This document shows positions 39,297 through 48,840 of a stretch of 64,000 nt of DNA, one piece after another. The position numbers and the translations under genes were made by a program. How positions within the stretch are numbered: the first letter of the stretch is position 1; every line of letters begins with the position of its first letter. This stretch comes from Candidatus Eremiobacteria bacterium. GTDB lineage: Bacteria; Vulcanimicrobiota; Vulcanimicrobiia; Vulcanimicrobiales; Vulcanimicrobiaceae. A model generated the notes under the pieces. It ran no database searches and was not told the origin of the DNA. It saw only the letters and a list, made by a program, of their open reading frames with translations. The stretch lies in contig CAVWUU010000001.1 in NCBI GenBank assembly GCA_963758295.1, forward strand, positions 160,001 through 224,000, given 5' to 3'.

Positions 39297-40190
39297 TTGC
39301 GCGCAACCATTCAGCTTTGCACGTACAATCGCTCGCATCTGCTCGAACGCGTGCTCGATGCCTGCTTCGAACAAACCGTCGCATCGAGCGAATACGAAGT
39401 CGTGCTCGTCAACGACGGTTCGACCGACGACACGGCCGCCGTCATCGAAAGAGCGCTGCAGCGCGCAACCTGCAAGTTCACGGTCGTGAATCAACCGAAC
39501 TCCGGTCTCGCCAAGGGCCGTAACGTCGGGATCGCGCGCGCGACCGGCGAACGCATGATCTTCATCGATGACGACGTGCTGCCGCTCCCGAACTTCGTCG
39601 AGCAGCACTTGCGCTCGCATTTGAATCACCCGAAGGCGGTCGTGCGCGGCGGCGCCATCAACGTTGAATCGTTCGATGAACTTCCGCCACCGGTGTGGAG
39701 CATCCGTCACTACAGCGGCAATTACTTCTGGACGACGAACGTGTCCGTTCCGCTTGTAACGATTCGTGCCGTCGGCGGATTCAACGAGTCGTTTTCCGAG
39801 TATGGCTGGGAAGACATCGACGTCGGGCTGCGCTTGCGCTTCGGCGGCGTTAAAGCGGTCTTCAATTCGAAAGCGCTCGTCTACCATTGGAAGCCGCGGC
39901 CGCGCAGCGGAAACGTCGAGAAGATGGTTCGTCAGGCGCGCGCGCAGGCGCGAACGGCCGTTCAGCTCGCGAAGATTCATCCGCACTGGCGGACGTATCT
40001 TGCGACCGGCATCAATCCGGTGCAACGGCGCCTGCACGCATGGATGCACTCGGTGAGGCCGGCAGAGAAAGGCCGCGCTTCGCTGGGCGACCTCTGCGTT
40101 GACCGCCCGCTGACGAACAAAGAGCTGCGCGCGGCACAGCGCCTGGCGAGCGAGGCATACTTCGACGAACTCGAGCACTCGCTGCGCTAG
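39297..40190 (+). CDS. Glycosyltransferase family 2
   Basis: CTYNR, VNDGSTD, FIDDD, YGWED. Confidence 0.9.
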   Translation: MRATIQLCTYNRSHLLERVLDACFEQTVASSEYEVVLVNDGSTDDTAAVIERALQRATCKFTVVNQPNSGLAKGRNVGIARATGERMIFIDDDVLPLPNFVEQHLRSHLNHPKAVVRGGAINVESFDELPPPVWSIRHYSGNYFWTTNVSVPLVTIRAVGGFNESFSEYGWEDIDVGLRLRFGGVKAVFNSKALVYHWKPRPRSGNVEKMVRQARAQARTAVQLAKIHPHWRTYLATGINPVQRRLHAWMHSVRPAEKGRASLGDLCVDRPLTNKELRAAQRLASEAYFDELEHSLR

Positions 40191-41168
40191 ATGCGGATTC
40201 TTCTTTCGCGAACGGATCGAATCGGCGATCTGATTCTGTCCACGCCCGCGATTGCCACGGTTCGAGCTTCCTTTCCCAAAGCGCACATCACGATGGTTAC
40301 GAGCCCGTACAATCGGATCGTCATGGAGCGTAACACCGACGTTGACGAACTAATCGACCTCCCGCGTGAAGTCAAGCCCGAAACGTTCGGCGCGGCCTTC
40401 CGTAACTTCGATCTCGCCGTTGCGCTTGCACCGCGCTCGCAAGACCTCCGCATCGTCGGCGCAACCAAGGCGAAAGTTCGCGTGGGCTACACGTACGTCA
40501 GGCGATGGATTGCACGGCTTACCGCGCGTTTGTACGTAAACCGCGTGATGGTATCGCCGGCAGATCCGGATTTGTGCGAACGATATCCCGATCGAATCGT
40601 GCCGCACGAGGTGGATCAGCTGCTTCAGCTGGTGGCGCTTGGCGGAGCGCACGATCGAATCGATCGATTGCGGATCGACATCACGCCGGCGGACCGCGAG
40701 GCGCTCGACGGATTGCCGGTGTCGCCGCTCCTCGTGCACTTGGGGCTGCGCTGGTTTACCACGGGCAGCACCCTCGCGAGTACGCTTGAGTTGATGCAGA
40801 GACTGCAGGCGCTCGGCTTGCCGCTTGTCGTGAGTTGCGCGACCGAATGCGAGGAGCACGCTCCGGCATTTGAAAATGCGGGTTTGTCGGTCGTTCGCGG
40901 CCTTCCGTTTCACCAATGGGCCGCGCTGTTCGAACGCGCGCGCTGTGTCGTGACGGTCGATACCGGTGCGACTCATGTCGCAAGCGCAATGCGCAGGCCC
41001 ACCGTGGTCGCCTTCGAACATCGGTACTTCCGGTTGAACTCGCAGGAATGGGCGCCCTATCACGTGCCAAGCGTGCTTGTTCGCAAACCGGCCGGCGCCG
41101 GCGAATCATCACTCGCGGAGTTTCGCGACTCGATCGTCAACGGTGTCACCGATTTAATCGATGCCTGA
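40191..41168 (+). CDS. Glycosyltransferase family 9 (heptosyltransferase-like)
   Basis: RTDRIGDLILSTP, DTGATHVASA, WAP. Confidence 0.88.
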   Translation: MRILLSRTDRIGDLILSTPAIATVRASFPKAHITMVTSPYNRIVMERNTDVDELIDLPREVKPETFGAAFRNFDLAVALAPRSQDLRIVGATKAKVRVGYTYVRRWIARLTARLYVNRVMVSPADPDLCERYPDRIVPHEVDQLLQLVALGGAHDRIDRLRIDITPADREALDGLPVSPLLVHLGLRWFTTGSTLASTLELMQRLQALGLPLVVSCATECEEHAPAFENAGLSVVRGLPFHQWAALFERARCVVTVDTGATHVASAMRRPTVVAFEHRYFRLNSQEWAPYHVPSVLVRKPAGAGESSLAEFRDSIVNGVTDLIDA

Positions 41169-42057
41169 TATTTCCGTAGTCATCCCGACCTATAACCGGT
41201 TGGACACGCTCGCTCATGTCGTTCCGACGCTGCTCGCGCAAGATTTGGCGGCGGACCGGTACGAGCTGCTCGTATGCGATTCAAATTCGACCGACGGCAC
41301 GCGTGAATATCTCGCCGGCGTGCATGCGGAACATCCGAACGTTCGCCATTTGCCCGGCTCGTACACCGGTCGCGCGATGGCACGCAACGCCGGAATTGCC
41401 AGGGCTCAGGGCGACGTCGTGCTTTTTAACGACTCGGACATCCTAGCGTCGCCGGACCTGCTTTCGCGCCATCTGCAGCATCACGAAGCGGAACAAAAGG
41501 TCGCGGTCGTCGGACTCGAGGTGCAAGTCAAAGACCTCGAGGACTATGCGTACAAACGGGATCATGCGGATGCGCGCGGTTTTCTCCACAAACCCACGCG
41601 CAAAGAGCTGCCCTGGCTGTATTTTCTCACCGGCAACGCGTCGGTGCGGCGCGACGATCTGCTTCGCGTGGGTTCGTTCGACGAAAGCTTCACCGGGTAT
41701 GGGCACGAGGACTTGGAGCTGGGTTACCGGTTGGAAAAAGCCGGCATCCGGATTCTTTACGAGCCCAACGCGGTGAACTATCACTGCCAAGACGTGCCGC
41801 ACGACGATCAAAAAGAAAAAATGAAACTTGCCGGACGTTCGACCGTCCGGTTCTATCGCAAACATCCGGACTTTGCGGTGAAGTTGAATCTCGGCATGAC
41901 GCCGTTGTCGCTCGGGCTGCACGGCGCGCTCACGCGTATGCCGGCGCTTCTGGGATACTTCGATGCTCGTGCGAAAGATTCGAAATTTGCGCGCGATCTC
42001 GTGCAACAGTACTACTACGTTTCCGGAATCAAACAAGCATTGGACGGCAAGGAATGA
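41161..42057 (+). CDS. Glycosyltransferase family 2
   Basis: ISVVIPTYNR, FNDSD, YGHEDLELG. Confidence 0.9.
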   Translation: MPDISVVIPTYNRLDTLAHVVPTLLAQDLAADRYELLVCDSNSTDGTREYLAGVHAEHPNVRHLPGSYTGRAMARNAGIARAQGDVVLFNDSDILASPDLLSRHLQHHEAEQKVAVVGLEVQVKDLEDYAYKRDHADARGFLHKPTRKELPWLYFLTGNASVRRDDLLRVGSFDESFTGYGHEDLELGYRLEKAGIRILYEPNAVNYHCQDVPHDDQKEKMKLAGRSTVRFYRKHPDFAVKLNLGMTPLSLGLHGALTRMPALLGYFDARAKDSKFARDLVQQYYYVSGIKQALDGKE

Positions 42058-43829
42058 CTAGCGTAACGAAACGGGTTTCATGCGGCGGACTGCGTGGAAA
42101 TGATGCGGGCGAAACGGCCGAGTTGATGGGCTGGGTGAACCGCCGGCGCGACCACGGCGGACTGATTTTCGTCGATCTGCGCGATCGTGACGGTGTCACG
42201 CAAATCGTCTTCGACCCGCAGCATCCGAGTTTCAAAGACGCCGAGCATCTGCGCCATGAAGACGTGTTGCGCGTGCGCGGTTCCGTGCGCCGCCGTCCGG
42301 AGGGCACGGAAAATCCCAAGCTCGCCACCGGTGAGATCGAAGTCGGCATCGATTTTCTTGAAATCTTGAATCGCTCGCAGGTTCCGCCGTTTCAAGTAAA
42401 CAGCGACGAGCCGGTTGACGAAAATCTGCGGCTGGAATACCGCTACCTCGATCTTCGCCGCCCGCGCATGCAACGCAATATTCGATTGCGACACAAGGCC
42501 ATCAAAGCCATGCGCGATTTCTTCGACGATCGCGGCTTTATCGAAATCGAAACGCCCATGCTCATCAAGAGCACGCCGGAAGGCGCGCGCGATTATCTCG
42601 TGCCGTCGCGCCTGCATGCGGGAACGTTCTACGCGTTGCCGCAGTCGCCGCAGCTGCTGAAGCAAATTTCGATGATCGCCGGGTTCGGCCGTTACATGCA
42701 AATCGCGCGCTGCATGCGCGACGAAGATTTGCGCGCCGATCGTCAACCCGAATTCACCCAAGTCGACGTCGAGCTATCGTTCTGCACGCAAGAAGAGGTG
42801 CTGGAAACGATGGAGTCGGCGATCCGGTACGTTTGGAAGAGCGTTCTCGACGTCGATCTTGCGCCGTTCCCGCGTTTGAAGCACGAAGAAGCGCTCGTGA
42901 AATACGGGGTCGACAAGCCGGACCTGCGCTTCGGGCTGGAACTTCAGGAAGTAAACGGCGTCTTTGCCGGGACCGATTTCGTCGTCTTCAAGTCGGTGAT
43001 CGAAAGCGGCGGCGCGATCGTCGCTCTGCGCTATCCCGGCGGCGCCTCCTTGTCGCGGCGTGATTTCGATGCGCTCACCGAAGACGCGAAGCAATTCGGC
43101 GGCAAGGGCATGGTGTGGGTCGCGCTGGGCGCGGACGGCGTTAAATCGTCGGCACAGAAGTTCATCGGCGAAGACCATATTGCGAAACTTCGTGCCGCGA
43201 CCGGTTCGGAAACCGGCGATGCGATGCTGCTCTTTGCCGACGCGCGCTCCGTATCGCTTCCGGTTGCCGGCAAAATGCGCAACCTCGTCGGCGAACGCTG
43301 CGGCTTGCGCGATCCGAACGCATTCGCATTTTGCTGGGTGCTCGACTTTCCGTATCTGGAAATTGACGAAGAAACAGGCAAACCCGCACCGGCGCACCAT
43401 CCGTTCACGTCGCCGGGCGAAGATCAGTGGGAGCTCATCGATACGGATCCGCTCAAGATGCGCGCGCAGCATTACGACATGGTCCTCAACGGCTTCGAAC
43501 TAGGCTCGGGCTCTATCCGCATTCACAAGCCGGACCAACAGCGCAAAATTTTCGAAATGCTCGGCATGACGCCCGAGCAGATCGAAGAGCGGTTCGGCTT
43601 CTTCGTTCGTGCCCTCGACTACGGCGCGCCGCCGCACGGCGGCATGGCGCTCGGCGTCGACCGCATAGTGATGCTGATGGCCGGCGAGGAAAACATCCGC
43701 GAAGTGATCGCTTATCCGAAGAACCAGGTCGGCCGCGACCTGATGATGGACGCGCCCACGACGGTGCCGGAGCCCCTCTTGCGGGATCTTTACCTGCGGA
43801 GCACGGCCCCGGAGGCGAACGGCCGATAA
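42054..43829 (+). CDS. aspS: Aspartate--tRNA ligase, probably non-discriminating (Asp/Asn)
   Basis: RRRDHGG, STPEGARDY, RDEDLRADRQPEFTQ, GAPPHGG. Confidence 0.96.
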   Translation: MTSVTKRVSCGGLRGNDAGETAELMGWVNRRRDHGGLIFVDLRDRDGVTQIVFDPQHPSFKDAEHLRHEDVLRVRGSVRRRPEGTENPKLATGEIEVGIDFLEILNRSQVPPFQVNSDEPVDENLRLEYRYLDLRRPRMQRNIRLRHKAIKAMRDFFDDRGFIEIETPMLIKSTPEGARDYLVPSRLHAGTFYALPQSPQLLKQISMIAGFGRYMQIARCMRDEDLRADRQPEFTQVDVELSFCTQEEVLETMESAIRYVWKSVLDVDLAPFPRLKHEEALVKYGVDKPDLRFGLELQEVNGVFAGTDFVVFKSVIESGGAIVALRYPGGASLSRRDFDALTEDAKQFGGKGMVWVALGADGVKSSAQKFIGEDHIAKLRAATGSETGDAMLLFADARSVSLPVAGKMRNLVGERCGLRDPNAFAFCWVLDFPYLEIDEETGKPAPAHHPFTSPGEDQWELIDTDPLKMRAQHYDMVLNGFELGSGSIRIHKPDQQRKIFEMLGMTPEQIEERFGFFVRALDYGAPPHGGMALGVDRIVMLMAGEENIREVIAYPKNQVGRDLMMDAPTTVPEPLLRDLYLRSTAPEANGR

Positions 43830-43836
43830 CGGAAGC

Positions 43837-44211
43837 GTGGGAGTTCGACTCGTGTTTTCTCGCGCGCTGATGGTCCTGGTCGCCGGCGCCAGCCTGCTTG
43901 CCGCCGGGCGACCGGCGGCTGCCGCGACGCTCGGTCCGGCGTGCACGGACTTCGTTCAAAAGGGCGACGGCGTTGCCATTCACGTGTTTTTCGCGAAAAA
44001 CGGCGCCGTTCAACGGTACGACGTGCTATCGGCGCACGGCAATCCGGAATCGGAAAATCAACTGCGGCTCGCCCTCGAGCGGACGTATGGACCGGCCGGT
44101 GTGAATGCGCCTCCGGTGCAGATCGTTTCGTTCAAGCGGGCGAAATCAGGCGGCCTGATGATTCCGGATAAGGCGGTCGACTCGTGCGGACGCACTTCTT
44201 CGTTCCTGTAG
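43837..44211 (+). CDS. Secreted hypothetical protein with TonB-C-like segment
   Basis: Signal peptide and two Cys (PAC, DSCGR). Confidence 0.6.
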   Translation: MGVRLVFSRALMVLVAGASLLAAGRPAAAATLGPACTDFVQKGDGVAIHVFFAKNGAVQRYDVLSAHGNPESENQLRLALERTYGPAGVNAPPVQIVSFKRAKSGGLMIPDKAVDSCGRTSSFL

Positions 44212-44561
44212 TTCTCTTATCGCTCGCGGCGTGCGGCGCTCAGAAGTCCGGCACCGCGCAATCCGCCGCGTCGGCATCGCCGGCTCCGCTTCAGGCATGT
44301 GAAACGCGAGAACTGACGCTCGACAACGTCGACCTGATGCTGCAGGCGAATATCGATGGAACGCCCGCTTCGATTACGATCGTGCGTGCACCGGACCGCG
44401 ACGCGCAAGATAAAGCGGTCGAAGAAGCGCGCAAATTGTTTGGTGTAGCGCGTCCGGATACGCGGACGATGACGCATCAAAGCAAATGGGGCATCGTAGA
44501 AATTACAGACCCGTGCGGACGGCCTGTTACGGCGCCTTCAGCAACGCCTTCGCCCGCGTAA
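44184..44561 (+). CDS. Hypothetical lipoprotein resembling the upstream gene
   Basis: Lipobox LAAC, then QAC...DPCGR. Confidence 0.6.
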   Translation: MRTHFFVPVVLLSLAACGAQKSGTAQSAASASPAPLQACETRELTLDNVDLMLQANIDGTPASITIVRAPDRDAQDKAVEEARKLFGVARPDTRTMTHQSKWGIVEITDPCGRPVTAPSATPSPA

Positions 44562-45222
44562 AGATCGCATCGAACATCGCCACGGTCAACAGGCCCGTGT
44601 TGGTATTCTGCCGGCTCGGGTGGTACGTGCCGATCAACGTCACCGTCCGTTCGCCTTTTTGCGCTTTGAATTCGGCAGCGTGACCAAAGACCGGTTTCCG
44701 GTCGAAGGCGAAGCCACGCTGAGCCAGCACGCTAGCAATCGCATCGAAGCCGATCCTTCCCAAACCGATCGCTACTTCGAGTTGCGGCATTGCCTCGAAT
44801 TCTTCGAGCAAATACGGTGCGCAATTTCGCAACTGCTGCGGGGTCGGCTTATTCTGCGGCGGGGCACAACGTCCGGCGGCCGTGATCATACAATCATTCA
44901 ACCGCATCCCATCATCGCGATCGCGTGCATTGGGTTGCGACGCAAAACCGGCGCGATAGAGCGCGGGATACAGGAAGTCGCCCGAGGCATCACCGGTGAA
45001 CGAGCGTCCGGTGCGATTGCTCCCGTGTGCACCCGGCGCAAGGCCGACGAGCAGCACGCGTGCATTAGGATCTCCGAATGCCGGAACCGGCTTTCCCCAA
45101 TAGGCTTCTTGCGCGTAGGCGCGCCGCTTTTCACGCGCAACGGTCGCACAATACTCACGCAACTCGGGGCAGCGTTTGCACGCGATCACCGCTCGCTCGA
45201 TACTCTTCAACGATTTCGGCAT
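44527..45222 (-). CDS. Uracil-DNA glycosylase family 5 (Fe-S, UdgB type)
   Basis: CKRCPEL, GLAPGAHGSNRTGRSFTGD, HPSRQN. Confidence 0.9.
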   Translation of the reverse strand: MPKSLKSIERAVIACKRCPELREYCATVAREKRRAYAQEAYWGKPVPAFGDPNARVLLVGLAPGAHGSNRTGRSFTGDASGDFLYPALYRAGFASQPNARDRDDGMRLNDCMITAAGRCAPPQNKPTPQQLRNCAPYLLEEFEAMPQLEVAIGLGRIGFDAIASVLAQRGFAFDRKPVFGHAAEFKAQKGERTVTLIGTYHPSRQNTNTGLLTVAMFDAIFTRAKALLKAP

Positions 45223-45223
45223 G

Positions 45224-46117
45224 CTATAGATCGATTTGCGCTTCGGACATGAAGGTGATGAACTGTTGCGCCGACGGGCCGTACGAGGCGCGACGCATTA
45301 CCAGTGACATGCGGCGTACGACCGGATGGGGTGCAAGCGACATCAGCGCGACGTTCGGCCCCGGCGTATTGCCGAGCGTTCGCGGAAAAAGCGCGATACC
45401 CAGCCGTTCGGCAACCAGCGATCGTACCGTTAGGGAATCGGCGCTTTCAAAGGCGACACGCGGCTGGAACCCGGCGCGTTGCGCAAGCGCGAACAGTCGC
45501 TGCGTCATCGTGGATCCGGGACGAAAAATCACGAACGGCTCCTCGCGCAGTTCCTCCATGCGTACCGACGAACGGGACGCGAGTGGATGCGACGCGGCTA
45601 CGGCGATGGCAAGTTCGTCTTCGTAAAGCGGAACGTTCTCGAACTCGACGCGGCCGGGGGCCGATGCGTCGCCGAGATCGCCGACGAACACGTCGATGGC
45701 GCCGTCGCGCAGCCCGGAAAGCAAATCGTCGGCCATGCCCTCGCGCAGCGCGACTTCGATGCCGGGATGAAGCGCGTGAAAGCGACCCAGCAGCTTCGGA
45801 AGCGTATATTCCGCGAACGACTGATAGGCGCCGACGACTACGCGGCCACGGAGGCCGCCTGCATAGGCGGTCATCTCTTCGGCGGTTGCCTCAACCTCGG
45901 AGAGGATGCGTTCCGCGCGCGCTACGAACGTGCGCCCGGCGTCGGTGAGAGCGACCCTCCGGTTCGTCCGCTCGAAGAGCCGCACGCCGAGCTCGGACTC
46001 AAGCGCCGCGACCTGCTGGGAAAGAGCCGGCTGGGCGACCGTGAGTGCCTCGGCCGCCTTCGTGAAACTCAGGCGCTTGGCGATGGCGACGGCATAACGA
46101 AGGTGGCGCAACTCCAT
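45224..46117 (-). CDS. LysR family transcriptional regulator
   Basis: MELRHLRY, SFTKAAEAL, QPALSQQ, LFER. Divergent from an MFS gene. Confidence 0.93.
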   Translation of the reverse strand: MELRHLRYAVAIAKRLSFTKAAEALTVAQPALSQQVAALESELGVRLFERTNRRVALTDAGRTFVARAERILSEVEATAEEMTAYAGGLRGRVVVGAYQSFAEYTLPKLLGRFHALHPGIEVALREGMADDLLSGLRDGAIDVFVGDLGDASAPGRVEFENVPLYEDELAIAVAASHPLASRSSVRMEELREEPFVIFRPGSTMTQRLFALAQRAGFQPRVAFESADSLTVRSLVAERLGIALFPRTLGNTPGPNVALMSLAPHPVVRRMSLVMRRASYGPSAQQFITFMSEAQIDL

Positions 46118-46192
46118 AGATGCATTTATCTTATCAAATCGAGCGGAATAATCTATTAGACTTATGCATGTTGCCATGCGAAGATAAAACCC

Positions 46193-47404
46193 ATGGCCGT
46201 AGCAACCACTTCTGCCCCCGCTTCGCTTGCGGAGGGGGCCGACCGACGCGGGATCACGCTTCTCACCGTGGCTCACCTCATGAACGACGCGAATCAGAGC
46301 GCGCTCCCGGCCATCATTCCATGGCTCGTCGCCCATCGGGGGCTATCTTTGGCGGTGGCCGCCACGCTCGTGCTGGCTATGAACCTCTCGTCATCGATCG
46401 TCCAGCCGCTCTTTGGCCATATGTCCGACCGGCGATCGCTCGCATGGGTCATCCCGACGTCCTTACTGGTGGCAACTTTTGGCACCGCACTCATCGGCCT
46501 GGCATCGTCGCTTCCCATGATGCTGGCCGGCGCTCTTGTCTCGGGGATCGGCGTTGCGGCCTTCCATCCGGAAGGGTCGCGGTTCTCCAATTACTTCGCA
46601 GGGCCCAAGCGCGCGTCGGGCATGAGCTGGTTTACCTTGGGCGGCTACCTCGGCTTTGCCATGGGACCGATCGCCGTTACGCCGCTGATTCTGGCCTTCG
46701 GGTTGCACGGCACAGCCCTGCTATTGATCCCGGCGATCGCGGTTTTCGCCCTCGTTTGGCGCGAACTGCCGCGGTTCGAGGAAGCGCGGCGCGTGGCGCA
46801 TCGCGCGCACCGCGAACGTGCCGGCGACGACGATTGGCGTGGATTTTCCGTGCTTACCGGCGTCGTGGCGCTGCGTTCGATGACGTTTCTCGCCGCGGTG
46901 ACGTTCACGCCGATTTTCGCTATCCGCGTCGCGCATGTGGATGCAACGCTTGCCTCGATGGCTCTTGCCGCCCTCCTGTTCGGAGGCGCGTTCGGCACGG
47001 TCTTCGGCGGACGAATCGCCGATCGCATCGACCGGCGTTACGTTGTGTCCATTTCGCTTGTCCTCACGACGCTTTTCGCGGTTGCCGTCGCCGCAGCGGG
47101 CTCGCACGCTCCTTATTACGGATTGATCGTTGCGCTTGCGGTCTGCCTCGGAATTTCGCTCGGTCTTTCGGCCGGCGTCATCGTCGTCATCGGTCAGGAG
47201 TATCTTCCGAAGCGGATCGGCGTTGCGTCGGGCGTTACGCTCGGGCTTGCGGTCACGATCGGCGGTCTCGCCGCGCCTTTCTTCGGCTGGATCGGCGACC
47301 GCTACGGTCTCGTTACCGTGTTCTTTATGATCGCGTTTTTTGCGGTGCTTTCGATGGCAGGCTCCCTTGTAATGCCCAAGCCGAAGGCGCTCGCGAAAGC
47401 GTAA
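46193..47404 (+). CDS. MFS transporter, Fsr (fosmidomycin resistance)-like
   Basis: HLMND, SSIVQPLFG, AAFHPEG, multiple TM helices. Confidence 0.88.
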   Translation: MAVATTSAPASLAEGADRRGITLLTVAHLMNDANQSALPAIIPWLVAHRGLSLAVAATLVLAMNLSSSIVQPLFGHMSDRRSLAWVIPTSLLVATFGTALIGLASSLPMMLAGALVSGIGVAAFHPEGSRFSNYFAGPKRASGMSWFTLGGYLGFAMGPIAVTPLILAFGLHGTALLLIPAIAVFALVWRELPRFEEARRVAHRAHRERAGDDDWRGFSVLTGVVALRSMTFLAAVTFTPIFAIRVAHVDATLASMALAALLFGGAFGTVFGGRIADRIDRRYVVSISLVLTTLFAVAVAAAGSHAPYYGLIVALAVCLGISLGLSAGVIVVIGQEYLPKRIGVASGVTLGLAVTIGGLAAPFFGWIGDRYGLVTVFFMIAFFAVLSMAGSLVMPKPKALAKA

Positions 47405-47435
47405 CTCCGGCTGACCAACGTCCGTTGTAAAAGCG

Positions 47436-47963
47436 TCACGTCAGGCCGGGGAAGTCCAGAGCGGCGAGCGCGCCATAAGTAGCAATTCCGACGGCGGTAG
47501 CGAGGTTGATGCTACGCACGCTGTCCTGACGCATGGGAATACGCAACGCTCGGTCAGGATTTTCCGACACCAGCGCCGACGGTAAGCCTTTCGTTTCTTT
47601 CCCGAAGACCAACATGTCGCCCCACGAAAACGACGCCTTCGGGTACGTGCGCGTCGCGTGCGTCGAGAAATACCAGCGATTGAACGATGCGGTCGTCTCC
47701 AGAAAGGCCTCGAGCGACGAGTGCATCACCACGCCCAAAGCGTGCCAGTAATCGAGACCTGCTCGTTTCAACTCACGATCGTCGATGCGAAAGCCAAGCG
47801 GCTCGACGAGGTGCAGAGCGCATCCGGTCGCCGCGCACAATCGCGCGACGTTGCCGGTGTTCGGCGGAATTTCCGGCTCGACAAGCACGATATGCAGCGG
47901 CGCGTCGCGCATCTCATCGAGCGCGCGAACGCGTTCGTGCGGTTGTGCGGACGGCGAGGTCAT
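47436..47963 (-). CDS. trmL: tRNA (cytidine/uridine-34-2'-O)-methyltransferase
   Basis: PEIPPNTGN, LKRAGLDYW, FGKETKGLP, RSINL. Confidence 0.92.
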   Translation of the reverse strand: MTSPSAQPHERVRALDEMRDAPLHIVLVEPEIPPNTGNVARLCAATGCALHLVEPLGFRIDDRELKRAGLDYWHALGVVMHSSLEAFLETTASFNRWYFSTHATRTYPKASFSWGDMLVFGKETKGLPSALVSENPDRALRIPMRQDSVRSINLATAVGIATYGALAALDFPGLT

Positions 47964-48823
47964 ACGGGGCTAGCCAGAACGTCGGCATAATCTACGCCAT
48001 TCGGCGCGATGACGTAGGCAAGACCGTCGTTGCGCTGCCACAGCGCTTCAATTGCTTGTCGCCGATACACCACCCGTACTGCGGGTGCCGCAGGATCGTT
48101 GATCGCGCAGTCGCCGCTCGCCGTGAACCCGCACAACACGGCCAGATGCCCGTCCGAGCGTTCGAGCGGCGCGCCGGGAAGTTCCCCTTTGCCCCACGAG
48201 TACGAGAGCACGACCGGAATATTGCGCTCGATCAACCGCTGCGCGTGATCGAGATTTTGCAAGAATGCCACCGTGGCGCGCAGCCCTAAGCTTCCGCTGT
48301 GCGCAACGTTAAAGGCCCAATTTCCCGTGCCGTTATAGGCGGCGTCCATGACCGCTCGTGCGGTATCTTCTACGTTTTCGCTGATGCCGTGATAGGCATT
48401 TACCATCGAGAGGCTCGTCGGACTGCACCAGCCGCGTTCTTTGTCCACGATGTACTGCGAGCGCGCGGGCACGTCCAGAATGATTGCATCGCGTGCGTAC
48501 GGCAGCGACGGCTGTTTGCGCACCGGCGTCGCGAACGAAACGAGGTTGAAGTCGACGCCGTCCGCCTGCACTTCAACACCGTCAAAAGGCTGATCGCTGC
48601 GGATCAAGTCCACCTCGACTTTGACGCGGTCGCGATCGCTCTCCGCGCTGAAAGACTTGCGCCCGTGCGGATGCCACTCGGCGTAGTCATACCAGGTGCT
48701 CGACGGTGCATGCGCGCGCAGCAAGCGAAAGCGAATTCGTCCTTGCGGCTCGTAGGTGTTCCAGCTTATGACACCCATGCGCGCGGGTTCGAAGTAAAGC
48801 TGCGCAGACTCGCGGACGTTCAC
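47960..48823 (-). CDS. Peptidase C39-like protein
   Basis: VPARSQ, WCSPTS (Cys), GHLAVLCGF (His), NDP. Confidence 0.8.
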   Translation of the reverse strand: MNVRESAQLYFEPARMGVISWNTYEPQGRIRFRLLRAHAPSSTWYDYAEWHPHGRKSFSAESDRDRVKVEVDLIRSDQPFDGVEVQADGVDFNLVSFATPVRKQPSLPYARDAIILDVPARSQYIVDKERGWCSPTSLSMVNAYHGISENVEDTARAVMDAAYNGTGNWAFNVAHSGSLGLRATVAFLQNLDHAQRLIERNIPVVLSYSWGKGELPGAPLERSDGHLAVLCGFTASGDCAINDPAAPAVRVVYRRQAIEALWQRNDGLAYVIAPNGVDYADVLASPV

Positions 48824-48840
48824 CGCTTGCGCGTAGCTAG

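Noticed and set aside
46120..47430. 436-aa alternative-frame ORF over the MFS gene
   Set aside because: Arg-rich off-frame translation with no recognisable family.
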